A stretch of DNA of 19,098 nucleotides from Hormoscilla sp. (GTDB taxonomy: Bacteria; Cyanobacteriota; Cyanobacteriia; Cyanobacteriales; Desertifilaceae), in assembly GCA_051439505.1 (NCBI GenBank), contig JBFRWI010000010.1:1-19098 (forward strand). The letters run 5' to 3'. The position numbers were made by a program, and so were the translations under genes. Positions 1-9,200 of the stretch are shown piece by piece. The number at the start of each line of letters is the position of its first letter. The first letter of the stretch is position 1. Below the pieces are notes generated by a model. The model had not been told where the DNA came from, did not search any database, and saw nothing but the letters and a program-made list of their open reading frames with translations.

Positions 1-75
1 TTTCAACGCCGTGGTCTGGGGCAGAAACTGCTCTCCCAGGCCATTAGCACCGGTCCCTCACTGGGTCTGAATAGC

Positions 76-1641
76 TTAGTTGCCTTGATTTTCGCCCATA
101 ATCAAGCCAGTTTGCGACTCTTCTCCAAGTTTGGCTTCCAACGCTGGGGATATTTCCCCCGAGTTGCTCAACTCGACGGCATTGAGCGAGACTTGGTGAT
201 TGTGGGCAAGCGCCTCACTCCGTCTATCTCCCAGGAAACTCCATAACCAGTCCTTTACCCGCCGAGTGGCCCGACAGTCATCTTCATTGTACCGGACGAT
301 CGCCTCACAGAAAGCCCGATCGCCCGTTTTCTGCCACCGGTCGTACCAGTAGAGACTCTGGGCGCCGCTGGCATCTTCGTCCCGCCACTCAAACCCTATC
401 CACCGGGCGATCGACTTCAGGGAGTAGCTTTCCACCGGTAGGATCGCCCCTTGAGTAACTAGCTGATGTACGTCTACCAACCTAGTTAGTAGGGGTTCCC
501 ACTGATTTGAAGGGGTATGATAGCGCTTTGCTAACCGCCTCACGGTCTTGACTTCATAATCGCAGAAATGGAAAATGGGAGCGGACGGGTAGCGCCAGAC
601 TAACTCAAGAAACTGTTCCCAAATTAACTCCTCATCAGCCGGTTGTTCTGCCAGCAAGGGATAAAACTGGTCTCTTCCCGTCGTGCGATCGACCACCAGC
701 ACTCCCAGCAAATAATCCAGATGCAACTGTGATTCTGCCTCGATATCAAAGTATATTTCTACCGGGGCTACTGGAGGCAATGGCAATTGAGACTTCACCC
801 GTGCCTGTCCGGTGAGAGTTGATTTCGCTTGCAACACCAACTGCTGGGCGATCTGCCTGGACCACAGCGGTTCCAGCACCGCCGGTTCGACATCTGCCAG
901 GGATGCCAAAGTCGTCAACCCCAGAGAACGTAAATCATCATAGCGAGATTGAGTTACCCCAGCTAGCAGGGACAGATGTTGTTTGGACTTAGCCGTTGCA
1001 TAGCAGCTGCTATACCAGCGACAGAGATTGCAGCGCTGGCGGGAGATAAACACCTCTGGTTCTGTCGGCGACAACAGCATCTGGATACAGGAATTGAGGA
1101 TCTCCTCAAACCGCTCCATCAGTTTGGCTAGATTTACCTGATAGTCACTTCTACCTCGTAGAATCAGGATTGAAGTTTCCGGCATCTGACCTTGCACTCG
1201 TGCCAATACCCAGGCATGAAACGCTGCTACAATCTGATAATCCAGCTTCGGACGCTTACCCAGTTCGATCTGGTGAGGGATGTAACTCCAAGCACCCAAG
1301 TCCGACGAAGTAGAGCATTTTACTAGCAAGTCTGGCCGCGAGAGCAGCGTCACTCCCCGATCGTCAGGGTATAAGAGCACTCCTTTGTGAATGCAGTCAA
1401 CCCCTTGGAGCATTAACTCCCTGGTTGCATCAGCTCCAGCTTGCCAATCTCCACGGCTATACTTGATTTGGTGATAATTCCACTGATTGAGGACAGTTTG
1501 GTGGTGCTCCCAACTATCGCGCATCAGTTTGTGCAGATAGTCACTGGCGGGGTCTTGTGTTGATGGGTCTCCATAAACATCCAAAAAAGCACGCCGGTTA
1601 CAGCGTTGGTAAAATAGCAGCAGTCGAGCATCAATCAACAT
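76..1641 (-). CDS. TM0106-family RecB-like putative nuclease (Cas4-like Cys-bearing PD-(D/E)xK domain, HhH-like linker, C-terminal RNase H-like/DEDD exonuclease domain)
   Basis: 521-aa ORF. N-terminal YQRCNRRAFLD Cys plus a QRCNLCRWYSSC Cys triplet give a Cas4/AddB-like 4-Cys arrangement. SRPDLLVK nuclease motif. C-terminal YFDIE...SYSLKSIA...YNEDDC acidic motifs are typical of this family. Confidence 0.9.
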   Translation of the reverse strand: MLIDARLLLFYQRCNRRAFLDVYGDPSTQDPASDYLHKLMRDSWEHHQTVLNQWNYHQIKYSRGDWQAGADATRELMLQGVDCIHKGVLLYPDDRGVTLLSRPDLLVKCSTSSDLGAWSYIPHQIELGKRPKLDYQIVAAFHAWVLARVQGQMPETSILILRGRSDYQVNLAKLMERFEEILNSCIQMLLSPTEPEVFISRQRCNLCRWYSSCYATAKSKQHLSLLAGVTQSRYDDLRSLGLTTLASLADVEPAVLEPLWSRQIAQQLVLQAKSTLTGQARVKSQLPLPPVAPVEIYFDIEAESQLHLDYLLGVLVVDRTTGRDQFYPLLAEQPADEELIWEQFLELVWRYPSAPIFHFCDYEVKTVRRLAKRYHTPSNQWEPLLTRLVDVHQLVTQGAILPVESYSLKSIARWIGFEWRDEDASGAQSLYWYDRWQKTGDRAFCEAIVRYNEDDCRATRRVKDWLWSFLGDRRSEALAHNHQVSLNAVELSNSGEISPALEAKLGEESQTGLIMGENQGN

Positions 1642-1766
1642 GCCTTTAGATTAGCTTGAATTCCGCGATCTTGTCACTCATGCATGAAGATCGAGGCTCG
1701 CGGTTTTCCAAGACAGAATGCCTCAAACACGGCGACTAACCCCAAGCGACTAGCAGCATCAGACTT

Positions 1767-4556
1767 ATGTCTAATGAACCTACCCAACGAGACACCCGAC
1801 GCCTGACGATTATTTACATTGCCGCTCTAGGTGCCATAGCATTGCTCTTAATTTCCGGGCAGATTTTCATCTTTCAGGCGATGGACTATTCGTCAAGTGA
1901 TGCACGCGCGATCAACATTGCTGGGCGTCAGCGGATGCTCAGTCAGAAGCTATCGAAAGCAGCCCTGGTCCTGTCCAATTCGACCACGAGAGGAGAACGT
2001 CAGCAGCGTCGATCGGAACTGGCGCAAGTCGTGCAGCTATGGTCTAGTTCTCATCAAGGGTTACTTCAAGGTGACGCCTTGGTAGGGCTACCCGGTACCA
2101 ACAGTGCCGAAGTGATGCGAATGTTCGCCGAGATAGAACCCCATTATCAAACCATGCTGGGTGCCGCCAACCAGATAATCCGCAGTGATAATGGTGATAT
2201 CTCGCCCTATGTGCAAACCATTCTGGCGAACGAAGCGGACTTCTTAGCAGGCATGGACGCGATCGTATTTCAGTACGATGAAGAGGCCAGGAATCGGCAT
2301 TTAAGAATTAAAGGACTCCAACTAACCTTACTGTACGTCACCCTGGCACTACTCTTGGCAGAAGGCATATGGGGTTTCCGTCCCGCTGTTCGGGAACTGG
2401 ATCGGAAAATGAAAACGCTGATGGCAGCGGACGCAGAGAGGAACGAACTGCTGAGGGAACTAGACCGGAAAAATATCACGATCGACCTGGCCCTGATCGA
2501 AGCCCAATCTGCCACTCGGGTCAAATCCGATTTTCTGGGGGTGATGAGTCACGAAATCAATACGCCCATGAACGGCGTGATGGGCATGGCAGGATTGCTA
2601 TTAGACACTCAACTGGATGAAGAGCAGCAGGAGTACGTGCAAACCATCCGCAAAAGCGGAGAGGATTTGCTGACCACGATCAAAGATATCCTCGACTTCT
2701 CCAAGATAGAGGCAGGCAAGCTGGAGCTGGAAGTTGGGGATGGTTTCGATCTGCGCGAGTGCATCGAGGACTGTCTAGATTTGGTAGCCCACAAGGCATC
2801 ACAAAAGCAGCTGGATCTGGCCTACCTGATTGATGAGGGAGTTCCCCATGCCTTGCTGGCAGACGTGACGAGGGTGCGCCAGATCCTGGCTAACCTATTG
2901 GAAAATGCGGTTAAATTCACCGATCGGGGGGAAGTGGTGGTCTCGGTCACGGCCCGCCTCAAGGAAAACAACTCTAGCGGGCAGTCAAACACCGAAGACC
3001 AGAAATATGAGGTACATTTTGCAGTCAAGGACACGGGTATTGGCATTCCAGAAAGCTGCCATCATCTGCTGTTCCAGTCTTTTTACCAGGTAGATAGCAC
3101 TTCGACGCGCCCCTATCCAGGCATTGGCTTGGGACTGGCGATCGCCAGACGTCTGGTGGAACTAATGGGCGGTAAGATCTGGACTGATAGCGAGGAGGGC
3201 AAAGGATCGACATTTCATTTCACGATCGTCGCCCCTGTTGCCCCTGTTGCTGCTAGTAGAACTGTCCGGGTAGATCTTGACCAAGTGCAAGATCAGTTGA
3301 GTGGCAAGCGTTTGTTAATTGTCGAGGACAATGTCACTAACAGAGAGATTCTCAGACAGCAAACCCTCAAATGGGGGATGGTTCCCCAAGATGTCGCTAC
3401 CTTTGCGGAGGCGCTGGATTTGATTAGTCGAGATGCTGATTTAGACCTGGCAATTGTGGATATGCAGATGCCAGAAATGGATGGGGCATCTTTGCTCTTA
3501 GAAATTCGCAAGTATCGCGACCCTAGAACTCTACCGGTGGTCATGCTAACGGACATCGCTCATCAGTCGAGCGAGCAAATGTCTGTTGCTGCTTGCCTGA
3601 CTAAACCGATCAAACCCTATGGGCTTTACAATAGCCTGATGAATATTTTTGCTCACTCAGGATTCAGCAAAAATATTGACGAGGGAACTGCCGCAAGCTG
3701 GCAGATGCCGCAGTTAACGGACTTGGCGAGGAGGCACCCTCTGAGAATTTTGGTGGCAGAAGATAACGCGGTCAGTCAAAAGGTGCTCTTGCGGATCCTA
3801 GAGCACTTGGGCTATAGTGCTGATGTAGTTAGCAACGGTTTCGAGGTGTTATCAGCCTTGTATCAGAAATCCTACGATTTGATCCTGATGGATATCCAAA
3901 TGCCGGAAATGGATGGTCTGACAGCTACGAAATACATTTGCCGGCAATGGCAGATTCCCTCACGTCCCCGGATAGTGGCTATGACTGCGGGGGCGATGCC
4001 AAATGACCGTCTCAAATGTCTGGAAGCTGGGATGGAAGATTACATCACTAAGCCCATCAAGGTGGAAGCTTTGCAGTCGGCGCTGAAACGCTGCTTCCAG
4101 GAAGTGCCAACTCCCTCGGAAAGTCAGACAGAATCTCGCCATGAGGCTGTACAGCAGCCAGAGGCGATCGCGCAATCGGATATTGCGGAGTTGCTTGACC
4201 TGAAAGTGATAGCCCAGTTAGCAGAACAGATGCAGATAGACAGAAATTCCGGTCTGCTGTATGAAATAATTGATGATATGATCGACAATACGCCACAGAT
4301 GTTTTTAGACATGCGAACGGCGATCGCCTCTGGGGACTCTCGGACATTGCAGCGGCTCGCCCACAATCTCAAGAGCAATTGTCGCACTTTTGGCATCGTC
4401 AGCATGATCGATCTATCATTGTCTTTAGAGGAAAAAGCGACTTCGGGCTCTCCTGAATCCAATAAGCAAATTGTAGATAGATTAGAAGCTGAATTTGTCG
4501 GCGTCCAGCAGTTTTGGCAAGAAAGTAAGTGGGGATTAAATAGCGGAAAGATTTAA
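1767..4556 (+). CDS. Membrane-bound hybrid sensor histidine kinase: TM-PilJ/NarX-like sensor-TM, HisKA, HATPase, two REC domains, Hpt
   Basis: 929-aa ORF. Two hydrophobic segments flank [15 protein letters not shown]-box [12 protein letters not shown]-box [15 protein letters not shown]1 DTGIGI, G2 [11 protein letters not shown]1 [11 protein letters not shown]2 ILMDIQMP...ITKP, Hpt AHNLKS. Confidence 0.93.
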   Translation: MSNEPTQRDTRRLTIIYIAALGAIALLLISGQIFIFQAMDYSSSDARAINIAGRQRMLSQKLSKAALVLSNSTTRGERQQRRSELAQVVQLWSSSHQGLLQGDALVGLPGTNSAEVMRMFAEIEPHYQTMLGAANQIIRSDNGDISPYVQTILANEADFLAGMDAIVFQYDEEARNRHLRIKGLQLTLLYVTLALLLAEGIWGFRPAVRELDRKMKTLMAADAERNELLRELDRKNITIDLALIEAQSATRVKSDFLGVMSHEINTPMNGVMGMAGLLLDTQLDEEQQEYVQTIRKSGEDLLTTIKDILDFSKIEAGKLELEVGDGFDLRECIEDCLDLVAHKASQKQLDLAYLIDEGVPHALLADVTRVRQILANLLENAVKFTDRGEVVVSVTARLKENNSSGQSNTEDQKYEVHFAVKDTGIGIPESCHHLLFQSFYQVDSTSTRPYPGIGLGLAIARRLVELMGGKIWTDSEEGKGSTFHFTIVAPVAPVAASRTVRVDLDQVQDQLSGKRLLIVEDNVTNREILRQQTLKWGMVPQDVATFAEALDLISRDADLDLAIVDMQMPEMDGASLLLEIRKYRDPRTLPVVMLTDIAHQSSEQMSVAACLTKPIKPYGLYNSLMNIFAHSGFSKNIDEGTAASWQMPQLTDLARRHPLRILVAEDNAVSQKVLLRILEHLGYSADVVSNGFEVLSALYQKSYDLILMDIQMPEMDGLTATKYICRQWQIPSRPRIVAMTAGAMPNDRLKCLEAGMEDYITKPIKVEALQSALKRCFQEVPTPSESQTESRHEAVQQPEAIAQSDIAELLDLKVIAQLAEQMQIDRNSGLLYEIIDDMIDNTPQMFLDMRTAIASGDSRTLQRLAHNLKSNCRTFGIVSMIDLSLSLEEKATSGSPESNKQIVDRLEAEFVGVQQFWQESKWGLNSGKI

Positions 4557-4614
4557 TCCGGGCGGCGGGCCGGGCAAGATGTAGTCAGGAGTTAGGATAA
4601 GGCCATTTACAATT

Positions 4615-5787
4615 ATGACAAGCAGTAGAAATTCAAAAACTATAAGCCATCGCCAAGAGTTTCCGGGGCTAGGGAATAAGGCATATTTTAATTATGGCGG
4701 ACAAGGACCGATGCCCCAAAGGGCAAGAGAGGCGATCGCCCGTTCCTATGACTGCATCCAAGACCGGGGACCTTTTTCTCAGCAGATGAATGACTGGGTA
4801 GATGAGGAGAAGGATAAAACTAGAGAGGCGATCGCCCGGGAATTGCAGGTGCCGGCAGCAACTATTACGCTTACAGAAGATGTGACAGTGGGTTGTAATA
4901 TTGCCATGTGGGGAATAGACTGGCGGGGGGGCGATCGCATGTTACTGACGGACTGCGAACATCCTGGGATCGTGGCAACTGCTAAAGAAATTAGCAGGCG
5001 GTTTGATGTGGAAGTTTCTACCTGTGGGGTGATGGCAACCTTAAATCAGGGCAACCCCGTGGAAGTAATTGCTGGTGCAGTGCAACCGAATACCAGACTG
5101 ATAATACTCAGTCATATCCTCTGGAATACGGGTCAATTATTACCTCTAGCTGAGATTGTGAACGCTTGCAAATCAGTGAATGGGAATGTGAAGATTTTAG
5201 TGGATGCGGCCCAGTCTGTGGGTAGTTTGCCCTTAAATTTAATTGATGAGGGGGTTGACTTCTATGCCTTTACGGGTCATAAATGGTGGTGCGGACCGGA
5301 AGGCGTGGGTGGTTTATATGTAAGTGAGGAAGCGAGGGCAGATTTACTTCCTACCTTTATTGGTTGGCGGGGCATAGTCACGGATAATTCCGGTCATCCC
5401 GTAGGATGGAAACCCGATGGACGCCAGTATGAAATTGCTACATCTGCTTATCCTTTGTATGCTGGGTTGCGAGAGGCGATCGGGATCCATGATGCCTGGG
5501 GAACGGTTCAAGAACGCTATCAACGGATATGTGAATTAAGTGCATATCTCTGGGAAAATTTGACCCAAGTAGAAGGGGTTATCTGCTTGCGGGAATCTCC
5601 TCCCGAAGCGGGTTTAGTTTCCTTTCAGCTTGCTAATAAAAAGCATTCCCAACTGGTTAATTTGTTGGAGACAAAGAACATCATGGTGCGGACAATTCGC
5701 GATCCTGATTGCGTGCGTGCCTGCGTTCATTATTTTACCTTAGAGTCGGAAATCGAGCAATTGGTATCGGAAATTGCTAATTGTTAA
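4615..5787 (+). CDS. c-des: PLP-dependent class V aminotransferase-fold enzyme, L-cysteine/cystine C-S lyase (C-DES type; often annotated CefD-like)
   Basis: 390-aa ORF with FPGLGNKAYFNYGGQGP, LLTDCEHPGI, SHILWNTG, DAAQSVG and the PLP-lysine motif FTGHKW. These match my recollection of Synechocystis C-DES. Confidence 0.85.
   Translation: MTSSRNSKTISHRQEFPGLGNKAYFNYGGQGPMPQRAREAIARSYDCIQDRGPFSQQMNDWVDEEKDKTREAIARELQVPAATITLTEDVTVGCNIAMWGIDWRGGDRMLLTDCEHPGIVATAKEISRRFDVEVSTCGVMATLNQGNPVEVIAGAVQPNTRLIILSHILWNTGQLLPLAEIVNACKSVNGNVKILVDAAQSVGSLPLNLIDEGVDFYAFTGHKWWCGPEGVGGLYVSEEARADLLPTFIGWRGIVTDNSGHPVGWKPDGRQYEIATSAYPLYAGLREAIGIHDAWGTVQERYQRICELSAYLWENLTQVEGVICLRESPPEAGLVSFQLANKKHSQLVNLLETKNIMVRTIRDPDCVRACVHYFTLESEIEQLVSEIANC
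5741..5787 (+). repeat. Direct repeat copy 1 (3' end of the C-DES gene; partner at 11996-12042)
   Basis: tagagtcggaaatcgagcaattggtatcggaaattgctaattgttaa matches 11996-12042 at 43/47 positions, and the first 22 nt are identical. Confidence 0.92.
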
Positions 5788-5794
5788 TTTGGGG

Positions 5795-5839
5795 ATAATT
5801 TAAGTTTAATCAAGGTTTTCATTGTTAAACTTAAATTAT
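5795..5839. terminator. Perfect 15-bp AT-rich inverted repeat just after the C-DES stop (hairpin/terminator or protein-binding site)
   Basis: ataatttaagtttaa (5795-5809) and ttaaacttaaattat (5825-5839) with a 15-nt spacer. The repeat is certain; its function is inferred. Confidence 0.5.
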
Positions 5840-5976
5840 ATTCTCTGTTACGGTAAGAGTTGCGTTAAGAAATGTTTAAGCAGGGAATAAATCTGAACTT
5901 CCAATTGCAAGATATCAGATCGCCCGAGGGGGTTCGGTAGCCGAGGGTTCGCCCAAGACTTCTCGGTTAACAACCT

Positions 5977-6073
5977 GTCATTGCGAGGGGGGTTTTCCCA
6001 ACTAACTATTTGTTAGCCCCCGAAACAATCCCCCCCGAAGCAATCTCACCGACTTGTACCCCCTCGCAATGAC
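5977..6073. mobile_element. 97-bp MITE-like palindromic element of the GTCATTGCGAG...GAAGCAATC...CTCGCAATGAC type
   Basis: 15-bp perfect terminal inverted repeats gtcattgcgaggggg (5977-5991) and ccccctcgcaatgac (6059-6073). Flanking direct repeat aacct at 5972-5976 and 6074-6078. Internal tandem pair cccccgaaacaatc/cccccgaagcaatc. Confidence 0.75.
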
Positions 6074-6143
6074 AACCTATATGCAAAACCTACGAGGTAT
6101 TGAGGGTTGGCACCGGTGGCGAAGGGAATCTGGATCGATGAGT

Positions 6144-6161
6144 TTTGTAAAGAATTGTGAC
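6144..6161 (-). promoter_or_regulatory. HLR1-like (RpaB-type) direct-repeat site upstream of the subtilase gene
   Basis: The minus strand reads GTCACAAT-TC-TTTACAAA, one mismatch from (G/T)TTACA(T/A)(T/A)-N2-(G/T)TTACA(T/A)(T/A). Confidence 0.35.
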
Positions 6162-6295
6162 AAAACGGTAGGAAGGTTGCACAACGAGGGCAGGATGGTA
6201 TATGAATTTAGAGGGAGGAAAAACTAGGGAGATCTGACTAGCCTCCACTGGTGATAACCAAATCCAACAGAGTTTATGCAGCAGGAGTTAAGTAG

Positions 6296-9200
6296 ATGAG
6301 TTGGGATGTAGATGGCAATGGTCAATTCGACGCACTGACTGACGGGAAGTTGGTATTGGGCTATCTGTTTGGGTTCACAGGTGAGGCCCTAATTAGAAAC
6401 TCCCTGGCTCCCGATGCCACCAGGACCCAAGCAGCTCAGATAATAGATTACCTCGAATCCATCCGCGACCAGTTGGATGTGGATGGGAATGGGGAGATAG
6501 ACGCCTTGACTGACGCGATCCTTTATTTGCGCTATCTGTTTGGGTTTACCGGTGAGAGTCTGACAGGGGGGGCGGTTGGTGCCGGTGCGACGCGGGATAG
6601 GGCTGAGCAGGTTATAGCATACCTGGAGTCAATAACAGAGGAAGAGGCATCAATACCTATAGAAACAGGCAGCACTCTGGATACGGCGACAAATGTTTCG
6701 ATCGCATCGACCAATAGAACTTACACATCGGAAGTAGGTGGGACAAGCGCAAGCGGCTACCTGGAATTCAGCCTAGGAGCAACTAACGAGTTCGACTTGT
6801 CACTCAGTAATCTGAGTGCAGATGCCAATGTAGAAATCATTGACCAACAAAGTGGAGAGGTTATTCTCAGTTCTACAAATGCGGGCATGGCGAACGAATC
6901 AATCAGCGGAATGCTAAATACAGGGAGTTACGGCATTCACATATTCTCGGCTGATGGTGCCAGGACTAACTATAATCTGGACTTGTCTGTAATGCCACAA
7001 CTGGACGGGATTACGACGGGGGGCTCGGATGTGCCAATACAAACAACTACCAATGTCTCCGGTCCGCTGATTAATATAGACGACTTCCGTCCAGATCCGC
7101 GTTTTACAGGGGTAGATGGCAGTGGTTTCGCAGCGGTAATTCTGGACACGGGTATTAACCTAGATCATCCGTTCTTTGGTCCAGACAATAACAATGATGG
7201 GATTGCCGATCGGATCGTATACCATCAAGATTTTGCCGATGATGACTTCAATGCAAGCGACAGGAATGGACATGGCTCAAACGTATCCAGCATTGTTGCA
7301 TCTTCCGACTCAACATTTACAGGGATAGCACCTGGAGCTGATATAATTCATCTAAAGGTTTTTTTAGACAGTGGGGGTGGAAGCTTCGGGTATATAGAAC
7401 AAGCCTTGCAATGGGTAGTAGAAAACGTTGAGATTTACAACATCGCCAGTGTCAATATGTCTCTGGGGGATGTTGTAGATAGTGACGGTGATAGGCTTCC
7501 AGATATTAGTGGCAACTACCGCACGCCGCAAAGGCTATATGATATTGATGACGAACTAGCAGCTTTGGCGGCACAGAATGTAATAGTTGTTTCTGCATCT
7601 GGAAACGACTTTTTCGGACACAACAGCGAACCAGGTGTTGCATACCCGGCAGCAGATCCTAATTCGCTGTCAATTGGAGCAGTTTATGACTCAAATGTGG
7701 GTGGACTGTCTTACAGAAGCGGGGCACAGGATTTCAGAACAGATGCGGACCGCATTACATCATTCTCCCAGCGCCACCCAACATTGACAACAGTATTTGC
7801 CCCTGGTGCATTGATTACTGGTGCGGCAGCTAATAATAACGGAACCCTGATTCAGGGTGGCACCAGTCAGGCGGCACCCCATGTTGCAGGGATGGCAGTA
7901 CTGGCTCAACAATTAGCAGTTCAAGAACTAGGTCGCCGACTAACTCCCGGTGAGTTCAGCGATTTGTTGGTGTCAACGGGTGTCACTATAAATGATGGTG
8001 ATGATGAAAACGACAATGTTACTAATACGGGGTTGGATTTTCGGCGTGCTGATATGTTCGCTCTAGCTGAAGCAATTTTAGCGTTGGCTCCGAGTCCAGC
8101 TAATCGGCCTCCTGTTGCAGCTAATGATTCTGCTACCATTGATGCGGGAACCACTGCGACGATCGCAGTTTTGGCGAACGACTCGGATCTAGATGGTGAC
8201 GCAATTTCGCTCGACAGCTTTGCTACTAGATCAGCAGCAGGCGGTGCAGTCACTCGGAGTGGGAACTCTCTGGTGTACAGACCGGCATCAGGCTTCGCTG
8301 GCAATGACAGCTTCAGCTATACGATCTCAGATGGGAATGGCGGTACAGACAGCGCTACGGTAAATGTGACGGTAGAGTCTGTAAACCAACCCCCGCGAGC
8401 GGTTAATGACACTGCTATTACGGATGAAAACAGCTCAGTAACCATTGCAGTACTGGCCAATGATGTGGACCCAGATGGGGATCCGATTCTGGTGACGGGG
8501 GTTAGCAGTCCAGGGAACGGCAGTGCAAACATCAGCAATAATCAAATAATCTACAGCCCAGCAGCTAACTTTGTGGGCAATGACAGCTTCAACTACACAA
8601 TTTCAGATGGCTCCTTGACTGCCACAGCTACGGTAACGGTGACGGTAGAGTCTGTAAACCAACCCCCGATCGCGGTTGATGACACTGCTTCGGTTCAGGA
8701 AAACAGCCCAGTAACCATTGCAGTACTGGTCAACGATTCGGATCCAGATGGCGATCTGCTTTCTCTGACGGGGGTTAGCAGTCCAGGGAACGGCAGTGCA
8801 AACATCAGCAATAATCAAATAATCTACAGTCCTGATGCTGATTTTGCAGGCAATGACAGTTTCCGTTACACGATATCTGATGCTCAGGATACAGACACGG
8901 CTACTGTAACTGTGACGGTCGAGTCTGTAGTAAACCAACCCCCGATCGCCATTGAGGACATTGCTGCTACGACACCAGGTGTTTCGGTCAGTATACCCGT
9001 GCTAGAAAATGATTCTGACCCAGATGGGGATGCCATCTCAATCGATAATTTTCCCACCAGCACCCCAAGTGGGGGTACGATCGCTCTCAATGACGATCTT
9101 CTGGAGTATACGCCAGGGGATGGCTTTGCCGAAACGGACAGTTTCAGTTACAGTATATCTGATGGTAATGGCGCTACTGCCACCGCTTTCGTGATTGTGG

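Noticed and set aside
2544..2576. H-box SHEINTP instead of the usual SHEIRTP as a sign of a dead kinase
   Set aside because: The phospho-His, H+1 Glu and H+4 Thr are retained, and the ATP-binding boxes are recognisable.
3231..3249. 9-bp tandem duplication (VAPVAPV) in the kinase
   Set aside because: It is an in-frame micro-duplication in an interdomain linker with no evident consequence.
76..5787. Functional link between the putative Fe-S nuclease and the C-DES sulfur donor
   Set aside because: The genes are on opposite strands and separated by the kinase. Proximity alone is not evidence.
5864..5880. TTAAG-N6-TTAAG as a possible SphR Pho box
   Set aside because: There are only two poorly matching half-sites in AT-rich DNA, so a chance match is likely.
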